64,000 nt of DNA from Dehalococcoidia bacterium (lineage in GTDB: Bacteria > Chloroflexota > Dehalococcoidia > Lucifugimonadales > Australimonadaceae): the NCBI GenBank assembly GCA_965116015.1, contig OZ220477.1:2020339-2084338 (forward strand). The letters run 5' to 3'. Position 1 is the first letter of the stretch; every line of letters starts with the position of its first letter. Both the position numbers and the translations under genes were made by a program. Under the pieces are notes generated by a model. The model had not been told where the DNA came from. It saw nothing but the letters and a program-made list of their open reading frames with translations, and made no database searches. Below, piece after piece: positions 47,838 to 58,704 of the stretch.

Positions 47838-49244
47838 ATGCGGGACGTGGTCCGCGATACGACTAAAACAACCTTCCTCTGCCAGGACTGCGGTCACACA
47901 TCGCCCAAATGGAACGGGCGCTGCCCCTCCTGCGGCGCATGGGGCACGACTAGAGGTTTCACCGAAACGAAGAACAATCCTCTAGCCTCTCGCTCCCTTC
48001 TGATGCCGAAAGGCGGCGGCGCTTGCCCTCTGGTCGAACAACCCTCCTCCGATGGCGCCCGCGTTCCAACCGGCCTCAGCGAACTCGACCGCCTGCTCGG
48101 AGGAGGCATCGTCGGTGGTTCCGTTCTCCTTCTGGCGGGCGACCCCGGCGTGGGGAAATCGACGCTACTCTTGCAAGTCGCGGGACTCGTGGCAATCGAC
48201 GGGCGGCGCGTTCTCTACGTGTCGGGCGAGGAGTCAGGCGCTCAGGTGCGGCTGCGAGGCCAGCGTCTCGGCGTCGACGACCCGCGCGTCCTGTTCGCCG
48301 CCGAGACCGACGCAGGGGAAGTGAGTGCGCTTCTCGAAAGCGTTCGGCCCGACCTGCTCGTTATCGACTCAGTGCAGACCCTTGCGTCGGCGGATGTCGC
48401 CTCTACGGCGGGCAGTGTGGCGCAGGTGCGCGAGTGCGCGCATTTGCTGCTCGAATGGGCCAAATCGTCGGGCGCGCCCGTCTTTATGACTGGCCACGTG
48501 ACGAAAGACGGCAACATCGCCGGCCCACGGGTGCTGGAGCATATGGTCGACGTGGTGTTAGCGATGGAAGGCGAAGCAATCGGCAACTTGCGCTTACTCC
48601 GATGCGTGAAGAACAGGTTCGGCTCCACCAACGACGTTGCGCTCTTTGAGATGAGCGGCGAAGGACTCGCAGAAGTCGCCGACCCGTCATCGTTGCTTGT
48701 GGGCGAGCGCGACGCCACAGCTCCGGGATCGGCCGTAGCCGTAACGATGGAGGGCAGCAGGCCGCTCCTGTGCGAGGTGCAAGCCCTTACGAACGTCTCG
48801 GCGTTCTCGCCGCCGCGCCGCTCGGCGACCGGCATCGATTTCAACCGCATGGCAATGCTTGCCGCAGTACTCTCCCGCCGCGCGCGTCTCAACCTCGGCA
48901 ATCAGGACGTTATGGTGAACGTCCCCGGCGGCCTGCGCATCATAGAGCCGGCGCTCGACCTCGCCATCGCTGCGGCTATCTCGTCAAGCTACCTCGACTG
49001 CCCCATCGATCCAGCAACAGCTCTGATAGGCGAAGTGGGGCTGAATGGCGAAGTCCGGAGCGTAGGCCGCCTGGATCGCCGCCTCAGCGAAGCGGCTCGC
49101 CATGGATTCAGGCGCGCGCTCGTGCCCCAAGCCTCGCTCCGCAACCTTCCTGCTACACCCGGTATCGAACCGGTTGCAGTCGGCAGCATCCTCGACGCGC
49201 TCACTGCATGCGCGGCAAGGGCAGGACAGGCGGCGCCGTCCTGA
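47838..49244 (+). CDS. radA: DNA repair protein RadA/Sms
   Basis: Zinc finger 'CQDCGH...CPSCGAWGT', Walker A 'GDPGVGKST', 'KNRFG', and a Lon-like C-terminal domain. Confidence 0.9.
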   Translation: MRDVVRDTTKTTFLCQDCGHTSPKWNGRCPSCGAWGTTRGFTETKNNPLASRSLLMPKGGGACPLVEQPSSDGARVPTGLSELDRLLGGGIVGGSVLLLAGDPGVGKSTLLLQVAGLVAIDGRRVLYVSGEESGAQVRLRGQRLGVDDPRVLFAAETDAGEVSALLESVRPDLLVIDSVQTLASADVASTAGSVAQVRECAHLLLEWAKSSGAPVFMTGHVTKDGNIAGPRVLEHMVDVVLAMEGEAIGNLRLLRCVKNRFGSTNDVALFEMSGEGLAEVADPSSLLVGERDATAPGSAVAVTMEGSRPLLCEVQALTNVSAFSPPRRSATGIDFNRMAMLAAVLSRRARLNLGNQDVMVNVPGGLRIIEPALDLAIAAAISSSYLDCPIDPATALIGEVGLNGEVRSVGRLDRRLSEAARHGFRRALVPQASLRNLPATPGIEPVAVGSILDALTACAARAGQAAPS

Positions 49245-49423
49245 TTCTCACTTTTCGCGCTGGTATACTGGCCCTCGCTCGCACGCTCCGGTAAGCGCCG
49301 TCGCAACGGGGTGCCCTGCTGGCTCTCCCTGAGCGATTCGAGACTCAGTCAACGCGATGGGATTACAGGTGGGCAGGCGGCCTGACCTGCGCGCCGGTTC
49401 ATTCGTTGCCGTAGGAGGTCCAG

Positions 49424-50977
49424 TTGCCTCGCATTACACCCCCCTGCCTCGCGATCATCGCTCTCGCTCTCATCGGGGGAGGATGCGCGGCGCAATCTCC
49501 CGAACCCACACCCGACGTCGCCGCGACCGTCGCCGCCAGCGTTGCAGCGACTATCGCCGCACAGCCGACCCCCACGCTCGCTCCGATATCGACGCCCACG
49601 CTTGCGCCTACTGCGACCCCTACGCCAGTGCCGACCCCTACTCCTACTCCCACCTTCACGCCGATGCCAACGCCCACGCTTGCGCCTACTGCGACCCCTA
49701 CGCCAGTGCCGACCCCAACCCCTACTCCCACCTTCACGCCGACGCCAACGCCCACGCTTGCGCCTACTGCGACCCCTACGCCAGTGCCGACCCCAACCCC
49801 TACTCCCACCTTCACGCCGACGCCAACGTTTACCCCCACTCCCACCGGCACTCCAACTCCAACACCCATTTCAAGTGTCGAAGACGTTATCGCTGAGGTT
49901 GCGGCGAGCGTCGTGCACATCGTTGCCGACAACTTGCATGGCTCCGGCGTTGTCGTGCGCGAGGACGGCATAGTCTTAACTGCCTATCACGTAGTGCGGG
50001 GAGCTAGCAGCATCATCGTCGAGTTCCCAGATGGATCGAGGGAAGAAGGCGTTCTGCGAGGTCGCGACATAGGCCGCGACCTCGCAGTCATCAGCGCCAA
50101 ACGCACGGGGCTCAACGCCATTCCCTTCGCCGACCCAGGAGAACTCCGAGTCGGCCAATCGCTCATCAAGCTGGGTTACGGAGCAGGCGTCGAAGGCACA
50201 GCTGCTGTTACATTCGGAGTCGTATCGACCCTGCTCGAACCGACGCGCGTCACGCCTGCGCGAGTACAAACCGACAACGCCATCAGCAGCGGAGACTCAG
50301 GGGCTCCGCTTATTACGCGCGACGGACGCATGGTCGCAGTAGTAACCACCAAACTCATTGGCATTCACATTGAGGGCATCAGCTACGGTAGTCTTCTGGA
50401 AAATGGCGACTCCCTCGTGGACAGAATGGCCGAGGGCGAAGTCATCTGCCAGCCGGCGCCTCCGCTCACCCCCGCGGCCGCCGATGCAAGTTCCACATAT
50501 CGCAACAGCGACTGGGGCTGGTTCATTCAACTCCCGACCCACTACTCCTATCTCGACTTTGAGCGAGGCGCCCTCTTTCACCGTTCGGATGAGCCCGTGT
50601 ATCCCGTCGACGCGAGATCCCAGTGGCCCGCGCTGGTCTATGTCTACCCCCCTTGGCTAAAAACTGCTTACCCCAGCGCGGAAGCCTTGATAAGCGCCGC
50701 CCTCAGAGTGTTCGAGGACCAGGGTCTCGGAATCCACCCTCGCAACAGCGTACGAGAAGTCTGCCGTGGCAGCGATCTGTCCTGGGAGCAAGACTTCAGG
50801 CTCGTCAACCAGGTGCGTGGCTACGTGGAGGAGAACCGCTTTCTGGTGGTCGACGATGGCTCGCTCTGGTATCTGCTCCACGTAGTTACCTGGCCGAACC
50901 AGCTCGATCGATACAGCGAAGAGACGGACACGATCCTCTATTCATTCCGCTCGAACAGAACGCCGCTCGAGCCATGA
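49424..50977 (+). CDS. Lipoprotein with a Thr/Pro-rich linker, a trypsin-like serine protease domain and an extra C-terminal domain
   Basis: Lipobox 'LIGGGCA', 'LTAYHVV' (His), 'SGDSGAPL' (Ser). Same architecture as the transposon-split gene. Confidence 0.8.
   Translation: MPRITPPCLAIIALALIGGGCAAQSPEPTPDVAATVAASVAATIAAQPTPTLAPISTPTLAPTATPTPVPTPTPTPTFTPMPTPTLAPTATPTPVPTPTPTPTFTPTPTPTLAPTATPTPVPTPTPTPTFTPTPTFTPTPTGTPTPTPISSVEDVIAEVAASVVHIVADNLHGSGVVVREDGIVLTAYHVVRGASSIIVEFPDGSREEGVLRGRDIGRDLAVISAKRTGLNAIPFADPGELRVGQSLIKLGYGAGVEGTAAVTFGVVSTLLEPTRVTPARVQTDNAISSGDSGAPLITRDGRMVAVVTTKLIGIHIEGISYGSLLENGDSLVDRMAEGEVICQPAPPLTPAAADASSTYRNSDWGWFIQLPTHYSYLDFERGALFHRSDEPVYPVDARSQWPALVYVYPPWLKTAYPSAEALISAALRVFEDQGLGIHPRNSVREVCRGSDLSWEQDFRLVNQVRGYVEENRFLVVDDGSLWYLLHVVTWPNQLDRYSEETDTILYSFRSNRTPLEP
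49592..49825 (+). repeat. Three tandem 78-bp (26-aa) Thr/Pro-rich repeats
   Basis: ACGCCCACGCTTGCGCCTACTGCGACCCC... recurs at 49592, 49670 and 49748. Confidence 0.85.
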
Positions 50978-51189
50978 CGTCTCAACCCTGCACTGACCAC
51001 TCCCCGCATTGCGGGGTGCGTCGCGCCGGCGCGTAGCTCCGCCGAGGAGGACATGCACGGAGCAAGGGGACGATGAAGCGCGACCGCGCGAAACGCTCTA
51101 TCCCTCCGGAGAGGCGCTAGTGGAAGATTCGGGGGGCGCTCGCGCATCCGGCGTTCGATGGCGCACTCGCGGCACTCGCCTTCGCCATC

Positions 51190-51323
51190 GGCGCGCAGCT
51201 GCTACGGATGAGCGCATCGACTACATTTGGGTGTCGCCCGACCTGCTGGCGAGTGGGTGCTCCGCGCGCGTGACACAGGCGTCCGATCACCTTCCTGTCG
51301 CCGCAGCAATATCGCTGCGGTAA
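51190..51323 (+). pseudogene. Possible 3' remnant of an endonuclease/exonuclease/phosphatase-family gene
   Basis: Only the terminal 'RIDYIWVSPDL...SDHLPVAAAISL' resembles EEP C-termini. Upstream sequence in this frame is not EEP-like. Confidence 0.3.
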
Positions 51324-51452
51324 ACCTTGCCACGCGCAGATACATCGCTTGACACGAGGTTCGCGAGGGTGGTAGCCTCTGTTTTCGCGCAATTCGGTCC
51401 GGCCGGGTCTCGAACCGCAAGCCGGCACTTTCCTGAAAGGGGGGCTGCTTGA

Positions 51453-51830
51453 TTGGAAGCGCTCGGTCGTCACATCCTACTCGAACTTCGGTTCTGTAAC
51501 TCCTCATCCCTCGATGATGCCTCCTTCATCGAGGAGACAATGGTGCATGCCGCCGAAGAAACCGGCGCCACCATCATTGGCAAGATCTTCCACCAGTTCA
51601 GCCCGCAGGGCGTCACTGGCGTTGTCGCGATTGCAGAGTCCCACCTTTGCATCCATACGTGGCCTGAGCACAGCTACGCCGCTGTCGACATCTTCACGTG
51701 CGGCGAGAACTTCGATCCCGCCGAGGCGGCTCGCCTGATTATCCGCTCGGTTGAATCGCGAGACCCTCAGCTAACAGAGATTGAGCGCGGGCGTATCGGC
51801 CATCCGGCTATGCCTGTCGCGGTCGTCTAG
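51453..51830 (+). CDS. speH: S-adenosylmethionine decarboxylase proenzyme (class 1, pyruvoyl)
   Basis: 'LGRHILLEL', self-cleavage/active region 'AESHLCIHTWPE', 125 aa. TTG start with a G-rich SD. Confidence 0.85.
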   Translation: MEALGRHILLELRFCNSSSLDDASFIEETMVHAAEETGATIIGKIFHQFSPQGVTGVVAIAESHLCIHTWPEHSYAAVDIFTCGENFDPAEAARLIIRSVESRDPQLTEIERGRIGHPAMPVAVV

Positions 51831-51834
51831 CGTC

Positions 51835-52764
51835 GTGCAAGGACTCCCTGCTCGCACAATCTGGTATGTAGAGCAGATCACCCCCGACCTCGTTCAGGCT
51901 TCTGGCGTGCGAGGCATCATTTACGAGGGTGATACGCGCTGGCAGCACGTGCAGCTCCTCGAAACGGCGCCCTTCGGACGGATGCTGGCGCTCGATGGCA
52001 AGACCCAGTCGTCCGAGGCTGACGAGTGGGCTTACCACGAGGCGCTCGTCCATCCGGTTATGACTGCTCACTCCAACCCAGAGCGCGTGATGGTCGCAGG
52101 CGGCGGCGAGGGAGCCACCATCCGCGAGGTCCTCCGTCACAAGCAGGTCAAAGAAATTGTTATGGTCGACCTCGACCGCGAAGTGGTGGAACTCTGCAAG
52201 ACTCACCTTCCCAACCACCACCAGGGAGCGTTCGATGACTCCCGTGTCTCCCTCCTTTACGAAGACGCGTTAGCCTACCTGGAGCAACGTGCGACTCCCT
52301 TCGACGTCATCATCATCGACGTCCCCGATCCTCTTGAGGGAGGCCCCGCCTACTTGCTGTACACGGTCGAATTCTACCAACTCGTTCGCTCCCGCCTCGG
52401 TCCTGGCGGACTGATGGTCGCCCAGTCCGGCCCGACGTCGCCCACGAACGTTCACGAGGTGTTCACTGCCGTGGCCCACACGATGCGGGAGGCGTTCGAC
52501 CACGTCTCCGGCTGCCAAGTGAATGTGCCAAGCTTCGGCACGATGTGGGGGTTCATCGCCTGCGGCGGTGCTGATGCTCCTGTTGTCGCCGACCTGCCTC
52601 CCGCTGAAGTCGACGCGCGTCTTGCAGCTCGTATCGAGTCGCCGCTCCGCTTCTACGATGGTGTGGCTCATCGCGGCATCTTCTCGCTCCCGAAGTACAT
52701 CCGGGATAGTGCCGCCGCCGATACCCGCACTATCACAAGAGACAACCCTCTTTACGCCACGTAG
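51835..52764 (+). CDS. speE: Spermidine synthase (polyamine aminopropyltransferase)
   Basis: 'YHEALVHP', 'GGGEGATIREVL', 'VDLD', 'DVPDP'. GTG at 51835 lies just after the speH stop; the track ORF starts at 51781. Confidence 0.85.
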   Translation: MQGLPARTIWYVEQITPDLVQASGVRGIIYEGDTRWQHVQLLETAPFGRMLALDGKTQSSEADEWAYHEALVHPVMTAHSNPERVMVAGGGEGATIREVLRHKQVKEIVMVDLDREVVELCKTHLPNHHQGAFDDSRVSLLYEDALAYLEQRATPFDVIIIDVPDPLEGGPAYLLYTVEFYQLVRSRLGPGGLMVAQSGPTSPTNVHEVFTAVAHTMREAFDHVSGCQVNVPSFGTMWGFIACGGADAPVVADLPPAEVDARLAARIESPLRFYDGVAHRGIFSLPKYIRDSAAADTRTITRDNPLYAT

Positions 52765-52809
52765 CGCGCTCCGCCATAGTGCAAGGATGCCATTCTCGCG
52801 AGGCATTGC

Positions 52810-53352
52810 ATGAACTGGATGGACTTCACGGCGCTGGCGATGATGCTAAGCGGCGCCGCTCTTGGTTGGTTCAAAGGCCTCCTACGCGGAGGGTTCATAC
52901 TAGCAGGATCTGTCGTAGCTCCTGTCATCGCGGGACAGTTCTACGCTGAAGTCAGTTCTCCGATCGAGGGAATCATCAGCAACGACGCTCTTCGTCAAAT
53001 CGTTGCATTCAGCGCTGTTTTCATCTGCGTCATTCTCATTGCCGTGCTCCTCGCGGGCATGTTGAAGAAAGCCCTCACGATCGTCTTGTTAGGCTGGGTC
53101 GACAACGCGTCCGGCATGGCCTTTGGATTCTTCTCGGGATTCCTAATCGCAGCAGCTTTTATCTGGGCGTTCGGCATCGTTCCTTCCGAATTCACTCGTG
53201 AGACCGTGCGCGAGTCAATTCTCGCCGGCCCTATCATTGGGGCAACGTCGTTCTTGCTTGCCTTCCTTCCGCCGGAGTTTGAGTCGTTTAGGCAAGCGCT
53301 CGACCGAAGCGCCGCTCTGTACGACCTCACAACAGGACAAAAATCTGGATAG
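52810..53352 (+). CDS. CvpA-family membrane protein
   Basis: 180 aa, four hydrophobic helices, N-terminus 'MNWMDFTALAMMLSGAALGWFKGLLR', typical of CvpA. Confidence 0.6.
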   Translation: MNWMDFTALAMMLSGAALGWFKGLLRGGFILAGSVVAPVIAGQFYAEVSSPIEGIISNDALRQIVAFSAVFICVILIAVLLAGMLKKALTIVLLGWVDNASGMAFGFFSGFLIAAAFIWAFGIVPSEFTRETVRESILAGPIIGATSFLLAFLPPEFESFRQALDRSAALYDLTTGQKSG

Positions 53353-53416
53353 CTTGCCGTTCTGCGCGAGGCCCCCGTATGATACTTGCGTATAAGGGGG
53401 TTGCCCCGGAGGCGCG

Positions 53417-53956
53417 ATGCCCATGAGCGGAGCCGTCCTCATCCTGAACCAGAACTATGAGCCGTTGAATGTCTGCGGCGTTCGTCGTGCGCTCGTGCTC
53501 ATCTTAGGCCGCAAAGCCCAACCGCTTGAGATTGGCGAAGGCGAGTGTCGCGCCATCTCCGAAACTTTCGCTATACCATCGGTCATTCGGCTGTTGTACC
53601 TCGTGAAGCGTCCGATCTTCACAAGGCGCTTGTCCCGCCGTGAGATCTTCTGGCGTGACCGATTCACCTGTCAGTACTGTGGGAGGCAAACGAAAGAGCT
53701 GACGCTCGACCACGTGACTCCTCGCGTGATGAACGGCCCGCATACGTGGGAGAACGTTGTTGCCGCATGTGTTCCATGCAACCATCGCAAAGCGGGACGA
53801 ACACCCGCGCAGGCGAATATGCGTCTCTTGAGTGAGCCAGTGGCGCCTAGAGCAAACCCTTACTATCACCTCATGCACCGCAGCCTCCCCAACGAATGGG
53901 AGATATATCTCCCCTGGATGCGGCAGATCCGCGACGAAGAGCTCGTTCCTGCCTAG
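53417..53956 (+). CDS. HNH endonuclease-family protein
   Basis: 'CQYCG...LTLDHVTPR...WENVVAACVPCNHRK'. Confidence 0.8.
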   Translation: MPMSGAVLILNQNYEPLNVCGVRRALVLILGRKAQPLEIGEGECRAISETFAIPSVIRLLYLVKRPIFTRRLSRREIFWRDRFTCQYCGRQTKELTLDHVTPRVMNGPHTWENVVAACVPCNHRKAGRTPAQANMRLLSEPVAPRANPYYHLMHRSLPNEWEIYLPWMRQIRDEELVPA

Positions 53957-54073
53957 ATAGCCGTCCCCTCCCCGCGCTTGGTGCGCGACAGGGGTTTACC
54001 TGACGACAGCGCGCCCCGCTCTGTGGTAGACTTGCGAACAGTATCCCGTAACCGCGCGGGACGTCTCCTGCGT

Positions 54074-54150
54074 CGGGGAGTGGCACAGTTCGGTAGCGCG
54101 CTACGTTCGGGACGTAGAGGCCCCGGGTTCAAATCCCGGCTCCCCGACCA
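54074..54150 (+). tRNA. tRNA-Pro (anticodon CGG)
   Basis: Acceptor CGGGGAG/CTCCCCG, anticodon arm CTACG-TTCGGGA-CGTAG, T-loop TTCAAAT, encoded CCA. Confidence 0.85.
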
Positions 54151-54220
54151 CCCGGCTCCTCTGTTTGTCGGGCTCTCGGTATCGTCAGTCTGCGGTGCTA
54201 ATTTTCGGTGCGGCGTCCAA

Positions 54221-55390
54221 CTATGCCGCCCCTGGCGGCGGTTGCGCTGCAACTGGAGCCGCAGCGGCGGTATCGTCGTCTGCTTGCACGAATGCCTCTT
54301 CCGCCGGCAGCATCTTGCAAGCTCCTGGCTGAACTGAGAGGTAGATGCGTTCGCCCCGCTGGAACCCTTCGTCTGGGCGCACCGAAGCTTTGAGCGGGTA
54401 GCCGGCGACATCCACGCGGCAATCCAGCGCATCTCCTAGGAACACGAGCGTTTCGATGGTTCCTTCCAGGCAGTTGCCATCGTCAACGCGCTCGCGCGAG
54501 ATCGCGATGGCTGCCGGTCGAACTGCAATCGACACTTCCTCGCCGACGCCCGCTGGAGATGTGCCCTCACAGCGCAGCTGGCCCTGCGGCGTGTCCACGA
54601 CGGTCAGGCTTGCGTCGCTGCTTGCCACCGTTCCGTGCAGCAGGTTCGTGGTGCCAATGAACTCGGCAGTGAACCGCGAATTCGGGTCCGAGTAGATCTC
54701 TTCTGGCGAGCCAAGTTGGATGATTTCGCCGTCGCGCATTACGGCGATCTGATCCGACAGCGTCAGCGCTTCAAGCTGGTCATGCGTCACGAACAGCGTT
54801 GTGATGTGCAACCGCTCCGTGAGCGACTTTAATTCTACGCGCATCTCGTCCCGCAATTTCGCATCCAAGTTCGACAGCGGCTCATCGAGCAAGAGCGCTT
54901 TCGGCTGACGAACGAGCGCCCGCGCGAGCGCAAGGCGCTGCTGCTGCCCGCCCGAAAGTTGCGGCGCCGGACGCTTCTCCAGGCCGTCTAGCCGCACAAG
55001 GCTCAGTGCTTCCCGCACACGCTCGCGCACCTCCGCCTTCGGCAGCTTCCCTTTTCCCTGCGAGATGGGGAACGCAACATTGTCGAACACGTCCATATGG
55101 GGCCAGATGGCGTACGACTGGAACACCATGCCGATAGGCCGCTGGTGCGCCGGCACATGCCCTCGCGCGGACACGACCACCATATCCTCGATAGCGATTT
55201 CGCCCCCGTCGGCTTTCTCGAGCCCTGCGATGCACCGCAGGGTCGTCGATTTCCCGCACCCTGAAGGTCCTAGCAGCGTGAAGAACTCGCCAGACTCGAC
55301 ATCGAACGACACGCCTTTCACAGCGTTCACTGCTCCCTCGTCAGTGTCGTATCTTTTCACCAGGCTCTCGACGCGAACAGCGACTACCAT
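54221..55390 (-). CDS. ABC transporter ATP-binding protein (PotA/FbpC-type with a TOBE-like C-terminus)
   Basis: Walker A 'GPSGCGKST', signature 'LSGGQQQR', Walker B 'LLLDEP'. Confidence 0.85.
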   Translation of the reverse strand: MVVAVRVESLVKRYDTDEGAVNAVKGVSFDVESGEFFTLLGPSGCGKSTTLRCIAGLEKADGGEIAIEDMVVVSARGHVPAHQRPIGMVFQSYAIWPHMDVFDNVAFPISQGKGKLPKAEVRERVREALSLVRLDGLEKRPAPQLSGGQQQRLALARALVRQPKALLLDEPLSNLDAKLRDEMRVELKSLTERLHITTLFVTHDQLEALTLSDQIAVMRDGEIIQLGSPEEIYSDPNSRFTAEFIGTTNLLHGTVASSDASLTVVDTPQGQLRCEGTSPAGVGEEVSIAVRPAAIAISRERVDDGNCLEGTIETLVFLGDALDCRVDVAGYPLKASVRPDEGFQRGERIYLSVQPGACKMLPAEEAFVQADDDTAAAAPVAAQPPPGAA

Positions 55391-55399
55391 GCGGGCCTC

Positions 55400-57145
55400 C
55401 TATCCGTGTTCTCTCGTGAGACGCAGCGTCACAACTCGCGCCACGACGACGATGGTTGTCATCAGCGCCATCAGAATCACCCCGAGCGCGGTCGCCTCGT
55501 CGATTCGTCCGTTCTCCCAAGCGGACCACGCAACAATCGACAGTATCTGACTGTCGCGCGTCGTGAGCAGCAACGCCATTGAAAGCTCTCGCCCGCTGTG
55601 AATCGCAACCCATATCCAGCCAGCCACGAGCGAGGGCACTAGCAAACGGAGCGTGATTTGCCGAAACACGGTAAGCCAGCCGACTCCACTCGTCGCTCCA
55701 GCCTCCTCCAGCTCCTTGTGCAGCTGGAACATAGCTCCGTTCGTCGCGCGCGTCCCGTAGGCGAGGAACCGCGCAACATGAACGAGAACGATGAGCCAGA
55801 TCGTGCCGTACAGCGGTATCCAGTCGACCCACAGCGCCATCAGAAAGAACGCGAGGCCGAAGACGATGCTTGGCGCAGTGAAAGGCACGAATGCTAGCGT
55901 GTCGAGAATGCCTCGCCCTTTTGCCTTTGAGCGTACGACAATCCACGAAATGACTGCCGATAACAGAATCGTCGAAACAGGCACCACTGCTATCAGAAGC
56001 AGGGAGTTCCGCAGTCCTATCCAGAATGCCTCCTGCCCGAACACGATTCGGTACCCCTCGAGCGACGCGTTCTGGAACGCAAAAATGGAGGGTGGACGGA
56101 AGAAGGGCTGTGTGCTCGCGTACAGCAGCACGACTGTTGGCAGCACGACCATGAGGAAGAAGTATCCGAGGATCCCGACGCCCGCCCAGCGGCGGTACTT
56201 CCCCAAGTCAATCCGCCGGGGCCGGTACCCTTTTCCCGTGATCGTAGCGAAGCGCTGTTGGATGCGCGTTACTCGGTGGTAATAGAAGATGCCCACGATG
56301 CCTACGGCCGCAGCGACTGTTCCCAGGCTGGTAGCCAACCCGTAATCCCGCGGCACTTGGCTCGTTGCCAGGTAAATCCGTGTCGCGAACACGTGGATGC
56401 CTTCCGGCATACCGAGGATTGCCGGGATTTCGAAGATGCCAATCGTGGCCGTCCCGACGAATATCGTGACTCCCAGCAGTCCCGGCAGCATAACCGGGAA
56501 CGTAACCTTGCGCATCGTCGTTAGTGTCCCAGCCCCTGAGGTGGAAGCCGCTTCTTCTAGCGAAGGGTCCATGCTGCGGAACAGTCCTACCACCATGAGG
56601 AAAATCGTCGGCGTCAGCCGAAACGCCTCGACTACAACCAGCGTGCCGAGTGTATGCGGGTCGAAGATGCCCTCACGCCAGCCAAGCCACTGCGTAAACG
56701 GGATGTTGAACACGCCAGTGCGTGGGTTCAGGAGGAATACCCATGTCATCGCGTACAGGATAGGGGGGATGCCCGCAGTGATAATTGCGACGACGAAAGC
56801 GAAGTTGCGCAGCGGCGCGTTCGTTCGCTCCACCACCCATGCAAGCGTCACTCCGAAGACAAGCCCCAGCGCGACTGAGCCGACGCCAAACACTGCGGTG
56901 TTGAAGAGCAGCTCGTACGTTGTGGAATTGAGGAACGTCTTCCTGTAATTCTCGAGCGTGAAGTGGCCTCCGGAATCTGCGGGTCCGACGCTCCACAGGC
57001 TGTAAAAGAGGAGAATGGCCAGCGGCGCAAGCACCAGCAGCGCAAGAATGAGCCCCAGCCCGCCAACGAAAATGACGTACTGAGGCTCGGCGTTGGCTAA
57101 GCGACTAGGCAGCGCTCTTCTGGCAACGCGGCTTGCGATGGCCAC
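55400..57145 (-). CDS. ABC transporter permease, fused double-domain (iron(III)/thiamine/polyamine-type)
   Basis: 581 aa with ~12 hydrophobic helices, between the ATPase and binding-protein genes. Confidence 0.75.
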   Translation of the reverse strand: MAIASRVARRALPSRLANAEPQYVIFVGGLGLILALLVLAPLAILLFYSLWSVGPADSGGHFTLENYRKTFLNSTTYELLFNTAVFGVGSVALGLVFGVTLAWVVERTNAPLRNFAFVVAIITAGIPPILYAMTWVFLLNPRTGVFNIPFTQWLGWREGIFDPHTLGTLVVVEAFRLTPTIFLMVVGLFRSMDPSLEEAASTSGAGTLTTMRKVTFPVMLPGLLGVTIFVGTATIGIFEIPAILGMPEGIHVFATRIYLATSQVPRDYGLATSLGTVAAAVGIVGIFYYHRVTRIQQRFATITGKGYRPRRIDLGKYRRWAGVGILGYFFLMVVLPTVVLLYASTQPFFRPPSIFAFQNASLEGYRIVFGQEAFWIGLRNSLLLIAVVPVSTILLSAVISWIVVRSKAKGRGILDTLAFVPFTAPSIVFGLAFFLMALWVDWIPLYGTIWLIVLVHVARFLAYGTRATNGAMFQLHKELEEAGATSGVGWLTVFRQITLRLLVPSLVAGWIWVAIHSGRELSMALLLTTRDSQILSIVAWSAWENGRIDEATALGVILMALMTTIVVVARVVTLRLTREHG

Positions 57146-57227
57146 CCTTCTACCTCCCGACGTAGTTTCATGGAAGGCGCGGGGGCTTCGCTGCGCAAGC
57201 GAACTAGCCCCCGCGCATATGCTGCGT

Positions 57228-58349
57228 CTAGCTGGTCGGGATGCCCAGAATCTCGCGGTACTTGGTCTGTAGCCGAGTAAAGTGATCGGCCATCTCGATG
57301 CCTGTGTACCCGATCTTCAGTTCCAGTCGAGCGGCGCGCTCGCCGATGAGGTCGCCCGAATTCGGATCAAGCGTCGTGCCTGGCTGCACTTCGATGCGAA
57401 CCGGTATGCCCTGATCAGCATTGAGCAGCCAGCGAAGGAAGAGCCTGCCTCCTGCAGGGTTCGGCCCATCTGCGACAGCCCCTACGAGCCACTGCTCTAT
57501 GGCGTTCGGCGTTACCGGCGCGAGCTCCACTGGGTGCCCCTGCATTATCGCGTTCCCTATCGATGAGAAGTTCACATCAGGGCTGATTGCCGATTCGCCG
57601 CTCGCCACATCGTTTGACACCGCGGTGTTGCCGTGCAGGATCTTCGGATCCTGCTCCGCTAGCTTTGCAAGGTAATCGGCGACCTCGGCTTCCGGCCAGA
57701 GATTCTCGTACCGGCCGCCGTACTCTTCCAGGTCTGTCAAGTAGATGAATCCCTTTAATCGGTCTTCGAGCACCAAATCGCCCTTCCACTTGGGATCGAG
57801 CAGGTCATCGTATGTCTGTGGGATGTCGCTGCCCGTTACGCGGTCAGTGTTGTACATCACGCCGTGAGCTAGCGGCACATAGAGCGTCGCCAGTCCGTTC
57901 GCGTAGCGAGCCTCCTCAGGAATTCCCAAGTCGTCGAAGATGTCGGAACTGTTCGAGAAAATGCCTCTGTCGAGCAACCTGCTGTCGCGTCCGGGGTCAG
58001 CAATGTCGGCTGTAACATTCCCGGCTTGGTGCTCGAGCAGCAGCCCTTCCGTAACCTCGCTGGTGCTCTTCTGGGTATGCACGACCGAGAGTCCCGGGTA
58101 GTCCGCCTCGAATGCGGCAATGACCTGCTCGGCTTGCGCCGCGCGAGTGGGGAAGACCCAGTTGATCTCGCCGCTGTGTGTGGCCAGAGCATCTTTGTAC
58201 AGTTGCTCCTCGAGCGACAGCTCCATCATTGGGGTTGGAGTAGCTGCCGCCTGGGGCACAGGGGTGGGTGTCGCGGTCGGATCGGAACCGCACGCTGCAA
58301 GAGCCGGCAGCGCCAGCAGAGCCAGTAGCACAAACAAGAGTTTTCTCAC
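57228..58349 (-). CDS. ABC transporter substrate-binding lipoprotein (solute-binding family 1)
   Basis: Lipobox 'LPALAACGS', 373 aa, first gene of the three-gene transporter operon. Confidence 0.75.
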   Translation of the reverse strand: MRKLLFVLLALLALPALAACGSDPTATPTPVPQAAATPTPMMELSLEEQLYKDALATHSGEINWVFPTRAAQAEQVIAAFEADYPGLSVVHTQKSTSEVTEGLLLEHQAGNVTADIADPGRDSRLLDRGIFSNSSDIFDDLGIPEEARYANGLATLYVPLAHGVMYNTDRVTGSDIPQTYDDLLDPKWKGDLVLEDRLKGFIYLTDLEEYGGRYENLWPEAEVADYLAKLAEQDPKILHGNTAVSNDVASGESAISPDVNFSSIGNAIMQGHPVELAPVTPNAIEQWLVGAVADGPNPAGGRLFLRWLLNADQGIPVRIEVQPGTTLDPNSGDLIGERAARLELKIGYTGIEMADHFTRLQTKYREILGIPTS

Positions 58350-58505
58350 TGGATTCCTCCCATTAGCATCGAACCGGCGTCCTGGCGACGCTCGGCGCTC
58401 CGAAAGTAGCGCGCAACCTATACTGTACGCGCGGTATCGTCAACACAGCCCCTGCTCATCAGGGAGGCAGCAGAGGAGAGTCCGCCTGCTACAATGACTC
58501 CGTAT

Positions 58506-58595
58506 GGAGGGATGGCAGAGAGGACGAATGCGGCGGTCTTGAAAACCGCTGTACGGGCGACTGTACCGTGGGTTCGAATCCCACTCCCTCCGCCA
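58506..58595 (+). tRNA. tRNA-Ser (anticodon TGA)
   Basis: Acceptor GGAGGGA/TCCCTCC, anticodon arm GCGGT-CTTGAAA-ACCGC, long variable arm, encoded CCA. Confidence 0.85.
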
Positions 58596-58704
58596 GCCGA
58601 TTCGACGAGAGAAGCCGCACCATGAGGCGCCCGTCGCCCGTATGGAAGCGGGACCCTCGCCTCAGGACAGGAACGGCGCGCTCAATCCGCGCACAGATCG
58701 GGCG

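Noticed and set aside
47580-47897. 105-aa minus-strand ORF between clpC and radA
   Set aside because: It has no motif, overlaps the radA start, and has a composition like the other shadow ORFs.
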